Source: Bryobacterales bacterium (GTDB taxonomy: Bacteria; Acidobacteriota; Terriglobia; Bryobacterales; UBA6623). Taken from it: a DNA stretch of 64,000 nt. The DNA lies in the NCBI GenBank assembly GCA_963422375.2, contig OY729427.2:960001-1024000 (forward strand), read 5' to 3'. Of this stretch, positions 34,758 through 45,122 are shown piece after piece. The translations under genes and the position numbers were made by a program. Positions within the stretch are counted from its first letter, which is position 1, and the number at the start of each line of letters is the position of its first letter. Under the pieces are notes generated by a model, which saw only the letters and a program-made list of their open reading frames with translations, was not told the DNA's origin and made no database searches.

Positions 34758-34867
34758 TACTTGATCGAATGCAGCGCACTAGGCTCGCTATAGTGGGGCC
34801 GTGACCCGCAATGTCTTAGTTCTCAGTGGTTTACGAGGATGAACGTTACTTGATGGACACTTGATGG
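34758..34867 (+). promoter_or_regulatory. Box-IHF-box module C
   Basis: tacttgatcg 34758; tctcagtggttta 34821; tacttgatgg 34847; cacttgatgg 34858. Confidence 0.6.
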
Positions 34868-35710
34868 AGTACGCCCATAGACTGATCGGACAAGTGCTAG
34901 CACATGGTCGCCGACGCATGTCGGCAGTAGTGTAAGCCGACGGTGCCGGCCTCGATCTCCATTGGGCTACCGGCACCAGCGCCTGAAGGCCGGCCGCAGA
35001 AGCTCTGCCGCGAGATGCGACTGCTCCAGACATCGTGCCATCGACCACAGCCGAGCCGTCCCTTGCCGCCGCAAGCGAAAGCCAATGTTGCGGGGTGCCA
35101 CTCAAGCTCTCGGTGAATCGCAGACACGACGCCGCGTCAACGTTGGCTTCAACCGGTCCTAGGTCTAGGTGGATGATCCGCGTAGATCTTTCTTGACGGC
35201 CATTTGGCGGACTCGGCGAGAAGAGTTCCAAGCTCCACCCACTGACGGGCGAAGCAAGTCCGAAGGCAGCGGCTCGGCACCGGCTCTCAAGCTCATGGCC
35301 GACCACCGAACTTGATCTCGAAGCCGACGAGACATGAGTCGGCCGCAATCCGGCGCTAGAGTCAGCGACAACCGCCGGAGCCAGCGCTGGCATCGGTCGA
35401 ATCTCATTGGACAGACGGGTCTCGTCCCCTCGGGAACACCGAATGCACGAGCCCGGGCAGCGATTGCCGGGGCTCGGACACAACCAGACGCTGCGCCTAT
35501 CGCGAGGGTGCCCGGAATATGGCCCCTGTACCCGCCGGCGCCCAGCAGGCGGTCCCCGTTGGATTGAACTGCGCCAGGCACGCGGTCATGAATGCCCGAC
35601 GGCAGCCCGCCAAGCATCAAGATGATCCGAGGGCGGACATTGCTCGGCACGGATTGCGTCGCCTGCCGAGGCATTCCCGGGGCCCTCGACCGGACCGAAA
35701 TCCCAGCCCG

Positions 35711-38365
35711 CTATCGCGTTGCAAAGGCCTCCGAGCCCACGGCTTCCAGAATCAAGTCGCGGAACCCGTTCCCGCGGGACTTAGCCGCCGCCACGATCCG
35801 CTCGACCTCGCGACGGTCCCTGAAAGTCAGGGCGCGACCGGTTGCGTAGACCAGTAGCTTGCCGACTAGGCAGCCCGAGAACATGTCTATGTGCTCGACA
35901 ACGTAGCGCTTCAAAGCCGGGGTGTCGTCCAAGCGCGTGCCGTCCGCGAGAAGGCCGACCGAGTCCACCAGAGGCCCGGCCGCGGTGCCCTTACCAACGG
36001 TCGAGTAGAACTCCTCGTTCAGGGCCTCCGAGCCGTCCTCGGGTTGGGTGTAGACAGGATAGTGGTCTCGCCAGAGGCCCACCGGATCGAAACTCTCCAG
36101 GACCATGCCAAGCGGGTCGATCCGGTCGTGACAGCGGGCACAGGTGGGGTCGGCCCGGTGCGCGGCCAGCTGGTCGCGGATTAGAGTCGCGCCGCTCGTG
36201 TCGGGGGCAATCGCCGGAACGTCGGGGGGCGGCTCGGGTGCAGGCGTGCCGAACACGTTTTCGAGCAGCCACACGCCGCGATGCACAGGGTTGGTGTCTA
36301 CCCCGTTCGCGGTCGCCATCATGACGGCGGCGAGGCTGAGGATGCCTCCGTACCGGCCGCCAGTCTCGAATGTCACCCTGCGCATCTCAGGACCTTCGAG
36401 GTCGTCGCCGTAAATCTTGTTGAGGCGCGCGTTTCGGTAGCTGAACCCGGGATCGATGAAGGCCTCGAGGGAAAGGTCTTCGCGGAGGATCTCGGCAAAG
36501 AGCATCTCGGCCTCCGCGATCATCGCGTCGCGATTCGCGTCCCCGAACTGAATCAGGCGAGGATCCGGCATGATCCCCCGCAGGAGCCGTGTCGAGAGCC
36601 ACTGGCCCGTGAAGCTCCTGACGAACCGATCGCTGGCTTGGCTGAGCAGCAGCCGCTCGGCCTCCTTCGCAAGCACGGCCGGGTCAGACAGCGCCCCCCC
36701 GCTTGCCGCCGTCGCCAGCGCGTCATCCGGCGGCGCTGACGTGATGAAGTAGCTGAGCCGGCTCGCGAGATCGAACGAGTCGAGCGGGCCCGGGCGTAAG
36801 CCTCGATACAGGAAGTTCGGCGAAACCAACGCACGGCGCAGGACAAGGTGCAGGGCGTCCTCGATTCGCGCGCCGGGGATGTCCCTCAAGTACCCCGCGG
36901 CGAGGGCCGCATAGGCTTCGACCTGGCCTTCCTCCACGGGACGGCGGAATGCCCGGGGAAGAAAGCGGCCGATTACGGTTCTGGCGTGCTCCTCGTCTGT
37001 GGTGCCCGGTGCCCGCTCGCCGAGGAATCGCTCGCTGCGGGCCCGTCGCGCGCGCGTCGCGTCGTCTTCAACCAGCCGCAGCGGCCCTTCGACCTCGATA
37101 CCCGATAGGTCGACGGCCGGTCCGAAGCGAAACAGCTCTTGGTGAACGAAGCCCTTGATCCAGTTGTGCGGGGCACTCGACAGGCCCCCGCCCCAGACCT
37201 CGGGCAGCTTGTCGAGGCGCGGGTCGTGCAGGTCGAGATTGCCGCTATCCATCAGAGCGCGGATCGCTTCGTACAGCTCTTTCTCCGTGGTACTTCGCGC
37301 CCCTCCGCCGAATTCGAGCATCGCGGCGTAGAAAAGGCGGTCCCGCGTCAAGCGGTCCGCCAGGAAGGCATGGGAAAAGTCGCGGCGCGGCGGATCCGAG
37401 TAGGCCGGCCCGTTCTCCCAACGGATCCCGAACGTCTCGCCTGCGAGAAGTTCGATCTCGGCGGTCAGGGTCCTGGGCGCAGATCCGCCCGGGTGAACAT
37501 CGAACTCCGCGAGTATGCGCAGATCGCCGAACGGGGCGTATACCTCATCGGCCTTGGGCCTCGCGTAGATCTGCAAGCGAAAGGGCTGTGCCCGCTGCTC
37601 GTAGAACATGCGGTCGGTCTCGTACCCGACTGCGTTGAATGTCAGACGGTAGATCCCGCTCTGCCGCGCCTCGAACCGGACCGGCCAAGCCGCCACGTTG
37701 GCCATGTTCCGCGACGACACGATCCGGAAGGCTCCGTCTCCTACCAGGCCGCCCGCGCCGGTTGCGAGGCCGTCCCGACCGAGCCTGTGCAACTTGCTGG
37801 CCGCCGCCGTCGCGCCCCGCGCCGGCGGCAGGACCTCGTCGGCGACGTGCGTGGCTAGCACAAGGTACTGCGCCATGAGAGGCGGAGAGAGAACCAGCCC
37901 TTCCCCGTTGTTGTCGAAGCCGTGTCTGGAGTCGTCCGCGGGAAAGGAGTGCGGTACCTCGAAGTCGGGCAGGTTGAACAGGGAACGGATCGAATTCTCG
38001 TACTCGTAGCGGTTGAGGCGCCGCGGCACGCTAGCACCCGAGGCGGTATGCGAGAGGAGCTGCCCTTCAAGCCACCCCGCCATCCGCTCCCGCTCGACCT
38101 CAGAGGGCTGGCCCGCCCCGCGGGGCGGCATCAGCTTGGTCTCGAGAACGTCGTAGACGCGCTCCCAGAGTGCCGTTGCCTCGCCCGACGTCCAGTCGAT
38201 GCCGGAGCCGTCGAGCCGGATCCCGGCCTGGGCCTGCTCGCCGGCATGGCAGGCCACGCAGTTCCGGTCTAGGAACCCGCGCGACTCGGCGGGCATCGAT
38301 GCAGCATTGAGCGCCGAGGCAACGAAGAGAGTCGCCGCACCGAGGGGACCGGCCAGTCGGAACAT
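35711..38365 (-). CDS. DUF1592/DUF1588/DUF1585/DUF1587/DUF1595 (PSD-domain) cytochrome c-like protein
   Basis: Heme motifs CVACH and CARCH; RRLNRYEY.NS, LASRLSYF, F..QWL, PVHRGVW, IDPLG..E.FD, YATGR. Confidence 0.9.
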   Translation of the reverse strand: MFRLAGPLGAATLFVASALNAASMPAESRGFLDRNCVACHAGEQAQAGIRLDGSGIDWTSGEATALWERVYDVLETKLMPPRGAGQPSEVERERMAGWLEGQLLSHTASGASVPRRLNRYEYENSIRSLFNLPDFEVPHSFPADDSRHGFDNNGEGLVLSPPLMAQYLVLATHVADEVLPPARGATAAASKLHRLGRDGLATGAGGLVGDGAFRIVSSRNMANVAAWPVRFEARQSGIYRLTFNAVGYETDRMFYEQRAQPFRLQIYARPKADEVYAPFGDLRILAEFDVHPGGSAPRTLTAEIELLAGETFGIRWENGPAYSDPPRRDFSHAFLADRLTRDRLFYAAMLEFGGGARSTTEKELYEAIRALMDSGNLDLHDPRLDKLPEVWGGGLSSAPHNWIKGFVHQELFRFGPAVDLSGIEVEGPLRLVEDDATRARRARSERFLGERAPGTTDEEHARTVIGRFLPRAFRRPVEEGQVEAYAALAAGYLRDIPGARIEDALHLVLRRALVSPNFLYRGLRPGPLDSFDLASRLSYFITSAPPDDALATAASGGALSDPAVLAKEAERLLLSQASDRFVRSFTGQWLSTRLLRGIMPDPRLIQFGDANRDAMIAEAEMLFAEILREDLSLEAFIDPGFSYRNARLNKIYGDDLEGPEMRRVTFETGGRYGGILSLAAVMMATANGVDTNPVHRGVWLLENVFGTPAPEPPPDVPAIAPDTSGATLIRDQLAAHRADPTCARCHDRIDPLGMVLESFDPVGLWRDHYPVYTQPEDGSEALNEEFYSTVGKGTAAGPLVDSVGLLADGTRLDDTPALKRYVVEHIDMFSGCLVGKLLVYATGRALTFRDRREVERIVAAAKSRGNGFRDLILEAVGSEAFATR

Positions 38366-38376
38366 CGTCGGGAACC

Positions 38377-39642
38377 TCACGCCACAAGTTCGTCCAGGTT
38401 GCTCTCCCCGCCAGCGAACTTGTCCACGTCGATGCCGAACCGCTGCAGCAGAGAGAGGTACAGGTCCCCGAGCAACCTTGGATTCGGAGCGTCGCGCTCG
38501 ATCCGCCAATGCGAACCGTGCCGGAACGCCCCGCCCAGCAGCACTGTGGGGAGATTGCTGTTGTCGTGCGTGTTGGCGTTGCCCATGCCGCTACCGAAGA
38601 CCACGGCCGCGGTGTCGAGGAGCGACCGACCGTGCTCGTCCTTGGCCTTGTCCAGCTTGTCGAGAAACCGGCCGAACCGCCGGACGTGCTCGATGCCGAC
38701 CAAGTTGTAGTCCGCGATCCGCACCGGGTTGTTCCCGTGATGGGAGAGGCCGTGGTAGCCCGCGCTCAGCTTGCGCCCTCCGATGGTGAACACTTGGCTC
38801 CAGCCCGGAACGAGGAAGGTCGCCACGCGGGTGGAATCGGTCGTCAAGGCCAGCGCCATCAGGTCGTACATGATGGACTCGCACTCCAGGGCGAGATCCG
38901 GGGCGACCGGGTCAAACTCGGGCAGCGGGTAGTCGACCCGCGGCACGGGCCGGTCCAGCCACAGGCGCTGCTTGCGGAGGTCCTTCTCGACCTGCCGCAC
39001 GGAGGCGAAATACTCGCCGAGCTTCTCGCGGTCGCTGGCAGTGACGCTCCTCGCCAGCGCCTTGGCTTCCTGTGTCACTCCGTCCAGCACGCTGCGATTG
39101 CTGGCAAGCAGGTACTCGAGGCGGGCGCTGTCGTCGGAGGAGCGGAACAGCGTCTGGTAGAGCACGCTGGGGCGGCCGATCATGGGCAGCGCCACGCCCT
39201 CCTTGGTGAAGCTCATCCGGGCGGGGTCGGGCGGAGTGCCGCAAGTGAGCTGCAGGGACGCGAACCGCGTGTGGTCCCCTACCTTGTCCGCAACCAGCTG
39301 GTCCATCGAAACGCTGCCGGTGGCCGACCCGCTCATCCAGGCCTGCCAGCCGCCGTGGCCGTTGCGGCCCCGGTGATCGAGCCCGGAAAAGACCGTGAGC
39401 CGGTCGCGGTAGGACTCCAACGGCTTGAGGACGGGCGAGAACTCAAAGCCGGGCCCCGTCCGCTGGGGAAAGAAGTCGGGCTGGTGGAAGCCCAGATAGG
39501 TACCGACGCAGACCAAGCGCTGCAACGGCGCCGGGTCCTGCTGCAACCCACGCAAGGGCTTGGGCGACAGAGACTCCAGCATCGGGAGCGCCAAGCTCCC
39601 GCCGACTCCCTGAAGGAACTTGCGACGGCCGGGTTGGTGCAT
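38377..39642 (-). CDS. DUF1552 family protein with Tat signal
   Basis: RRKFLQG..LALPMLES, SMDQ, SVLD, YFASVRQVE, DSTRVAT, YHGLSHH, GSGMGNANTH..NLP. Confidence 0.92.
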   Translation of the reverse strand: MHQPGRRKFLQGVGGSLALPMLESLSPKPLRGLQQDPAPLQRLVCVGTYLGFHQPDFFPQRTGPGFEFSPVLKPLESYRDRLTVFSGLDHRGRNGHGGWQAWMSGSATGSVSMDQLVADKVGDHTRFASLQLTCGTPPDPARMSFTKEGVALPMIGRPSVLYQTLFRSSDDSARLEYLLASNRSVLDGVTQEAKALARSVTASDREKLGEYFASVRQVEKDLRKQRLWLDRPVPRVDYPLPEFDPVAPDLALECESIMYDLMALALTTDSTRVATFLVPGWSQVFTIGGRKLSAGYHGLSHHGNNPVRIADYNLVGIEHVRRFGRFLDKLDKAKDEHGRSLLDTAAVVFGSGMGNANTHDNSNLPTVLLGGAFRHGSHWRIERDAPNPRLLGDLYLSLLQRFGIDVDKFAGGESNLDELVA

Positions 39643-39882
39643 TGCAGCTGCGATTCTAGCGCGATCCAAAGGTTTCTGCCTCCTCCGGGGGGCGTAGATC
39701 GGCTACATTCCGCGGGTGGGTGGCGGGAGAGACGTGACTCCCCGGAAAGGCGTCCCCGCCGCTCGCGAGCGCGAGCCGCAGGACCAAGCGCAGGTTGGGA
39801 GGCACAGACTGGCTGCCGGGTGCCACGCTCTGCCCGGCCAGGCATACTATGCTGTCCATCAGAAAGCTGGTCTCGAACACAC

Positions 39883-40899
39883 ATGAAGCCCTTGGTCGCA
39901 CTCCTCCTCGCCGCCGCGCTGGCTCCGCTCGGAGCGCAGCAGCGCAAGGTGGTCGTCATCGGGCAGTCGCCCGACCTCGTCGCCGAACTCCGCGCCGGCA
40001 AGCCCGCGAACGTGACGATCGCGCACGTCACGGACCGCGGTGCCGGGGACTCAAACCTCTTGCGGGAAGTGGCGGACGCTCACGCGGTGATCGGCAATCC
40101 GACCTTGGCCGTGGTCCAGGCCGCGAAGACCCTCCGGTGGGTGCAGATTACCAGCGCCGGAGTGAAGCCCTACCTGTATCCGGAACTAGTCGAGAGCGAC
40201 GTGGTCATGACGAACGCCCAGACCCTGTCGTCCGCCGCGATCGCCGACCACGGCTTTGCCATGCTGCTGGCGCTCACGCGACAGCTGAACCACTTCATTG
40301 TCGAGCGACCGAAGGAGACTTGGCGAGGCGGCAACTACGGCTTGACGGAACTGGAGGGCATGACAGCGCTGGTCATCGGGACCGGCGGCATCGGATCCAA
40401 CGTGGCCAAGCGGGCCAAGGGATTCGGCATGAGGGTGATCGGCGTGGACCCGGAAGAGTTCCCGCCACGGGTGAGCTTCGACCGCATGGTCTTCCCGGAC
40501 CGCTTGGACCAAGTGATTCCCGAAGCGGATGCGGTCTTCGTCTGCGCGCCCCACACCAAGGACAGCGAAGGGATGCTCGGAGCCGCCCAATTCGAACTTA
40601 TGAAACGCGGAAGCTACTTCATCGCCCTTTCGAGGGGAAGGGTCTACGACATGCCCTCGCTGGTGAAGGCCCTCGACAGCAAGCGCTTGGCGGGAGCCGG
40701 GGTCGACGTCACCGATCCCGAGCCGCTGCCGGCAGGGCATCCGCTGTGGAAGTTCGAGAACGCAATCATCACGCCGCACGTCGCCACGCAAGGGCGGCTC
40801 GGGGGCGAGTTGCGGATTCAGGTGTACCGAGAGAACATCGCACGCTTCGCTGTCGGCGAGCGGTTGCGCAACGTCGTCGACATGCGCAAGGAGTACTGA
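39883..40899 (+). CDS. D-2-hydroxyacid dehydrogenase family protein with N-terminal signal-like peptide
   Basis: SAGV, IADH, IGTGGIG, PHT..S.GM, SRG, DVTDPEPLP..HPLW, ITPH; ATG at 39883. Confidence 0.9.
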   Translation: MKPLVALLLAAALAPLGAQQRKVVVIGQSPDLVAELRAGKPANVTIAHVTDRGAGDSNLLREVADAHAVIGNPTLAVVQAAKTLRWVQITSAGVKPYLYPELVESDVVMTNAQTLSSAAIADHGFAMLLALTRQLNHFIVERPKETWRGGNYGLTELEGMTALVIGTGGIGSNVAKRAKGFGMRVIGVDPEEFPPRVSFDRMVFPDRLDQVIPEADAVFVCAPHTKDSEGMLGAAQFELMKRGSYFIALSRGRVYDMPSLVKALDSKRLAGAGVDVTDPEPLPAGHPLWKFENAIITPHVATQGRLGGELRIQVYRENIARFAVGERLRNVVDMRKEY

Positions 40900-41567
40900 G
40901 GGCGCGGAAGGAGCGAGCGTCTGCGATGAGCTAGGATGAGGTGAGGCGTGGGTGCCTAGCGGGCGTCCTGTGACGGCGTAGCACTAGAGCACGCGAGGCG
41001 AAGCGCGATACGATTACATCCGCCATTGTTAAATGGTGAACACACATGGACTCGAACAGCCCAATCCACCGTCTCAGGAGATACGAGTGGAACGACGTTG
41101 GATTCAAGAAAGCTCAGCGGGGTGTTCCAACCACTGCATACGAGACTGTCTCTGCGTTTTCGCACACCCCGGGAGGACACCTAGGCTTCGGAGTCGTAGA
41201 AAGTCCTAGCGGGCTCGACATTGTCGGTGTCCTAGACTTCGATAGAGTACAGAACGCTATTCTGACTGTTCTGCGATCCGGTCAAAAGTTTAATCAACAG
41301 GTAGAAGTTAGAGAGCACGTGATCAAATGTCAAGGGACATGACTTCTCATCTTTGAGATCCTGGAAGCAGGAAAAACCGATCTATCTGAATGGTGATATA
41401 CGGAAAACATTTATTCGGCGAGGTGCTTGTAACGAGCATTGTTTTCCAACCGAGTTCAATAGGATGTTGCGAGATACATCGGATCAGCGGTACGACAGCG
41501 AGGTAGTTGATCAAGATCTGGAACGCTGCTTTGATCGGGCATCTCTTCGGTCGTACCGAAAGACATT

Positions 41568-42573
41568 CCTGATTACCCACAAGACTCAGCCAAGGTTAGG
41601 AGGCGGAAAGGCATGGGCGGGGTGCGCACGGAGGCGTGGAGCAGGCGGGGGACCAGCACCTCCGGATCGTAGCGGCCGTTGAAGCGGTAGCGGAACGCGG
41701 CGAGGTACCGCGGCAGGTGCTTGCCGTCGCGCGCATGGCAGGTTCCCGCCAGGGACTGCTTGACGTTCGCCAGCATCGTGCTGACCCGGACGAAGCGGGA
41801 ATCCCCGCAGCTCCGCTGCCCGCCTCCGGCGCCGGCCACGCCCCGCAAGCAGGCCGGGCCGTCGGAATGCACCTCCGTGCCGGGCTGCAAGTGCCGCCCG
41901 GCCCACGCTGCCAGCGTCTTCTTGCGCAAGCCCGCCACGCTGCTCAGGCGCATCCTTGCCGGCTGGCCGTCGGCGCTGACCTGCACGGCGGCCACGAACG
42001 GCGTCTTGCCCGCCGCGCCGCGACCGCGCTTGCCGCCGCTCCGCTCCCCGCCCCAGTCAGCGTCGTCCACCTGCACGATGCCGCCCGGCGGCACGCGCTC
42101 GTCGCGCTCCTTCATCACTTGCAAGAGCTTGTGCTTCATCTTCCAGGCCGTGTTCCGGCTGACCCCCAGCTGCCGCGCCAGTTCCAGCGACGAAACGCCG
42201 TGCTGGCCCTGCGTCAGCAGGTGCATCGCCAGGAACCGGACGGTCAGCGGCAGCTTGGTGGCGGCGAAGATCGTGCCGGCGACGAGGGAGGTCCGGCGGT
42301 GGCAGGCATGGCACTGCCAGAGCGTGCGGGAGCGGATGCGGCAGTGCCGGCGGGAGCCGCATTCCGGGCAGCGGAAGCCGGCCGGCCAGCGGGCCTTGAA
42401 GACGGCCTGCTCGCATGGCCCCTCGCTGCCGTAGCGCTGCAGGAACTTGCCCGGGCTGAGTCCCTTCTGGAATTGCACGCGATTGCGTTTCATCTGCTAG
42501 CCCCTTTCCTGTCAGAGATTTCCGACCTCCTTCAGCATAGCATATCCTCGGCTGACGTTCGTTGGTAATCAAG
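41568..42573 (-). mobile_element. IS1595-family element, copy 1 (ORF 41573-42493, 9-codon internal deletion)
   Basis: TIRs cctgattacc / ggtaatcaag; perfect 8-bp TSD aagacatt; CPEC..CHAC, VQVDDA, HSDG, RYLAAFRYRFN. Confidence 0.95.
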
Positions 42574-43847
42574 AAGACATTTGAGTTAAGAAGACCAGAT
42601 CAAGACGACACAATAGCCGAGTTTGAATTCCTCCATCATTGGGGTCTATAAGTTGACACCAACGGGCGGTTTCTGCCAACACGGGCAGCGATTCTACTGT
42701 TTGGATCGGAGGCTTCTATTCTCAGTATCCTGCCCCGCCCTGTTATAGACTGGCAGTGGATGCAGAGGAAGTGGACGGAGGCATTCGCTAACACCCGCTG
42801 GGTTGACCGGATAGTCGAAGAAACGAACACTGTGTCAGCATGGAAAGCAGTCATGAAGATGTATCTTGCAAGATGCGAGAAACCTTTTTCGATGGATCCA
42901 GAGACTCTCGAACGGCATACACTTCCACCGACTTACATTACCTTCCAAGAAGCGGTGATCAATCTATTGATTCACCAAGACTACGCTTATCATGGGCGCA
43001 AACCCGTGATCCGCTCCTTTGATGATCGAGCTTCGCTATGGAACCCAGGAAACGCTTTCGTATCGGATGATAAGTTGCTGAAATCGGGTGAGAAGGACGT
43101 ACAAGATCCTAAGACTGTCACAGATTTTCGACGAATCGATCTCAGTGAACAAGCGGGAACTGGTCCTCGAGCATTCTTCAGTCAATGGACGCAGCTAGGG
43201 TTCGTACCACCGATGGTCAATAATGATCGGACAAAGAATTCCTTTAAAATCAACCTACTCAAGCAACCTTTATTGACCGACAGCCGAGTATTATCTCTTG
43301 CTCGTTCCGGTCTTGACGTCGACATGGATGAGGCGAGGATCTTAGCGCTTGCATGTCGAACAGGGAAACTGTACCACTCAGATGTGGGGACAGTGACAGG
43401 AGCGATTGGCGCTGAAACTCAAGATTCGCTTGATCGACTTGAATCGAAATCCATGATAACGCCACTAGAGGATAGTAAGACACCAACCTATATCGTTAGC
43501 GAACAAGTCAAGCATTTTCTAGAACATCCCGAGCACCAGATTGAACAAAGAACTTCTAGGGCGTCAATCCCTGTCTCTAGGCAAGTCTACGGACACCAAG
43601 GGAAGCTAGTCAGTGACTCAGTCACTGACCCAGCAGGTACATTTTGGGGCCTAAACGACGTAGAATCTGAGATTGTCGAGTCTTGCAATTCTCCCCGTTC
43701 CTTTTCGGAAATCGCTCGTCAGCTGAATTTCGCTGACAGAATTCTTCTTCGGCGAAATTATCTTGCCTCCCTGCTGAATCGGAGAATACTACGGATGACA
43801 TATCCAGACAAGCCGACTCATCCCAATCAAGCCTATGTATTAACCTA

Positions 43848-44902
43848 CCTGATTACCCACAAGACTCAGCCAAGGTTAGGAGGGGGTAAGGCCTGGGCGG
43901 GGTGCGCACGGAGGCGTGGAGCAGGCGGGGGACCAGCGCCTCCAGGTCGTAGCGGCGGTTGAAGCGGTAGCGGAACTCGGCGAGGTAGCGCGGCAGGTGC
44001 TTGCCGTCGAGCGCATGGCAGGTTCCCGCCAGGGACTGCTTGACGTTCCCCAGCATCGTGTTGACCCGGACGTTGACCCGGACGAAGCGGGAATCCGCGC
44101 AGCTCCGCTGCCCGCCTCCGGTGACGGTCGGCACGTGCTCGCAGCCGGCGCCGGCCACGCCCCGCAAGCAGGCCGGGCCGTCGGAATGCACCTCCGTGCC
44201 GGGCTGCAAGTGCCGCCCGGCCCATGCTGCCGGCGTCTTCTTGCGGAAGCCCGCCACGCTGCTCAGGCGCATCCTTGCCGGCTGGCCGTCGGCGGTGACC
44301 TGCACGGCGGCCACGAACGGCGTCTTGCCCGCCGCGCCGCGACCGCGCTTGCCGCCGCTCCGCTCCCCGCCCCAGCAGGCCCCAGTAGGCGTCGTCCACT
44401 TGCACGATGCCGTGCAGCGGCACGCGCTCGTCGCGCTCCTTCAGCACTGGCAGGAGCTTGTGCTTCACCTTCCAGGCCGTGTTCCGGCTCACGCCCGGCT
44501 GCCGCGCCAGTTCCAGCGACGAAACGCCGTGCTGGCCCTGCGTCAGCAGGTGGATCGCCAGCAACCGGACGGTCAGCGGCAGCTGGGTGGCGGCGAAGAT
44601 CGTGCCGGCGACGAGGGAGCTCCGGCGGTGGCAGGCATGGCACTGCCAGAGCTTGCGGGAGCGGATGCGGCAGTGCCGGCGGGAGCCGCACTCCGGGCAG
44701 CGGAAGCCGTCCGGCCAGCGGGCGTTGAAGACGGCCTGCTCGCATGGCCCCTCGCTGCCGTAGCGCTGCAGGAACTTGCCCGAGCTGAGTCCCTTCTGGA
44801 ATTGCACGCGATTGCGTTTCATCTTCTATCCCCTTTCCTATCAGAGGTTTCCGACGTCCTTCAGTATAGCATATCCTCGGCTGACGTTCGTTGGTAATCA
44901 GG
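43848..44902 (-). mobile_element. IS1595-family element, copy 2 (frameshifted)
   Basis: TIRs cctgattacc / ggtaatcagg; perfect 8-bp TSD ttaaccta; same transposase, broken near 44380. Confidence 0.95.
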
Positions 44903-45122
44903 TTAACCTATGCAGGCCTAGTAGTCAGATTCCTCATCACGAATGACAGAACGTTACTCATGTGAACGAGATATTGAGACTGCATAGCGGACCTGCCTCA
45001 CAGTCTCATCGTCGAGGGCTTTCCGTGCGATACGTAACTCGGGATAGCTAGTTCTGTCGCTATGCCTGATTGAGCTTAGGCGAGCCCCGGCTAGGCTCGA
45101 CAGAAGGCATAGGCGGGATCCA

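Larger units (their letters stand above)
41046..44965 (+). pseudogene. Second AlbA_2-HATPase_c_4-wHTH protein gene, split by two IS1595 copies and frameshifts
   Basis: EWNDVGFKKA, TVSAFSHTPGGHLGFGV, TFIRRG; EAVINLLIHQDY, WNPG, EQAGTG; C-terminal LRMTYPDKPTHPNQAYVLT; resumes after each TSD. Confidence 0.85.

Noticed and set aside
29781..34867. CRISPR array or integron attC interpretation of the ACTTGATGG repeats
   Set aside because: Repeats are only 10 bp, not arrayed with uniform spacers, not palindromic, and no cas or intI gene is visible
38509..39882. Apparent long N-terminal extension of the 796-aa ORF
   Set aside because: Antisense to DUF1552; the dehydrogenase begins at 39883
41023..41036. 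Short palindrome ccattgttaaatgg, similar to ccattgacaatgg near 61185
   Set aside because: Too short and with different spacing; could be chance
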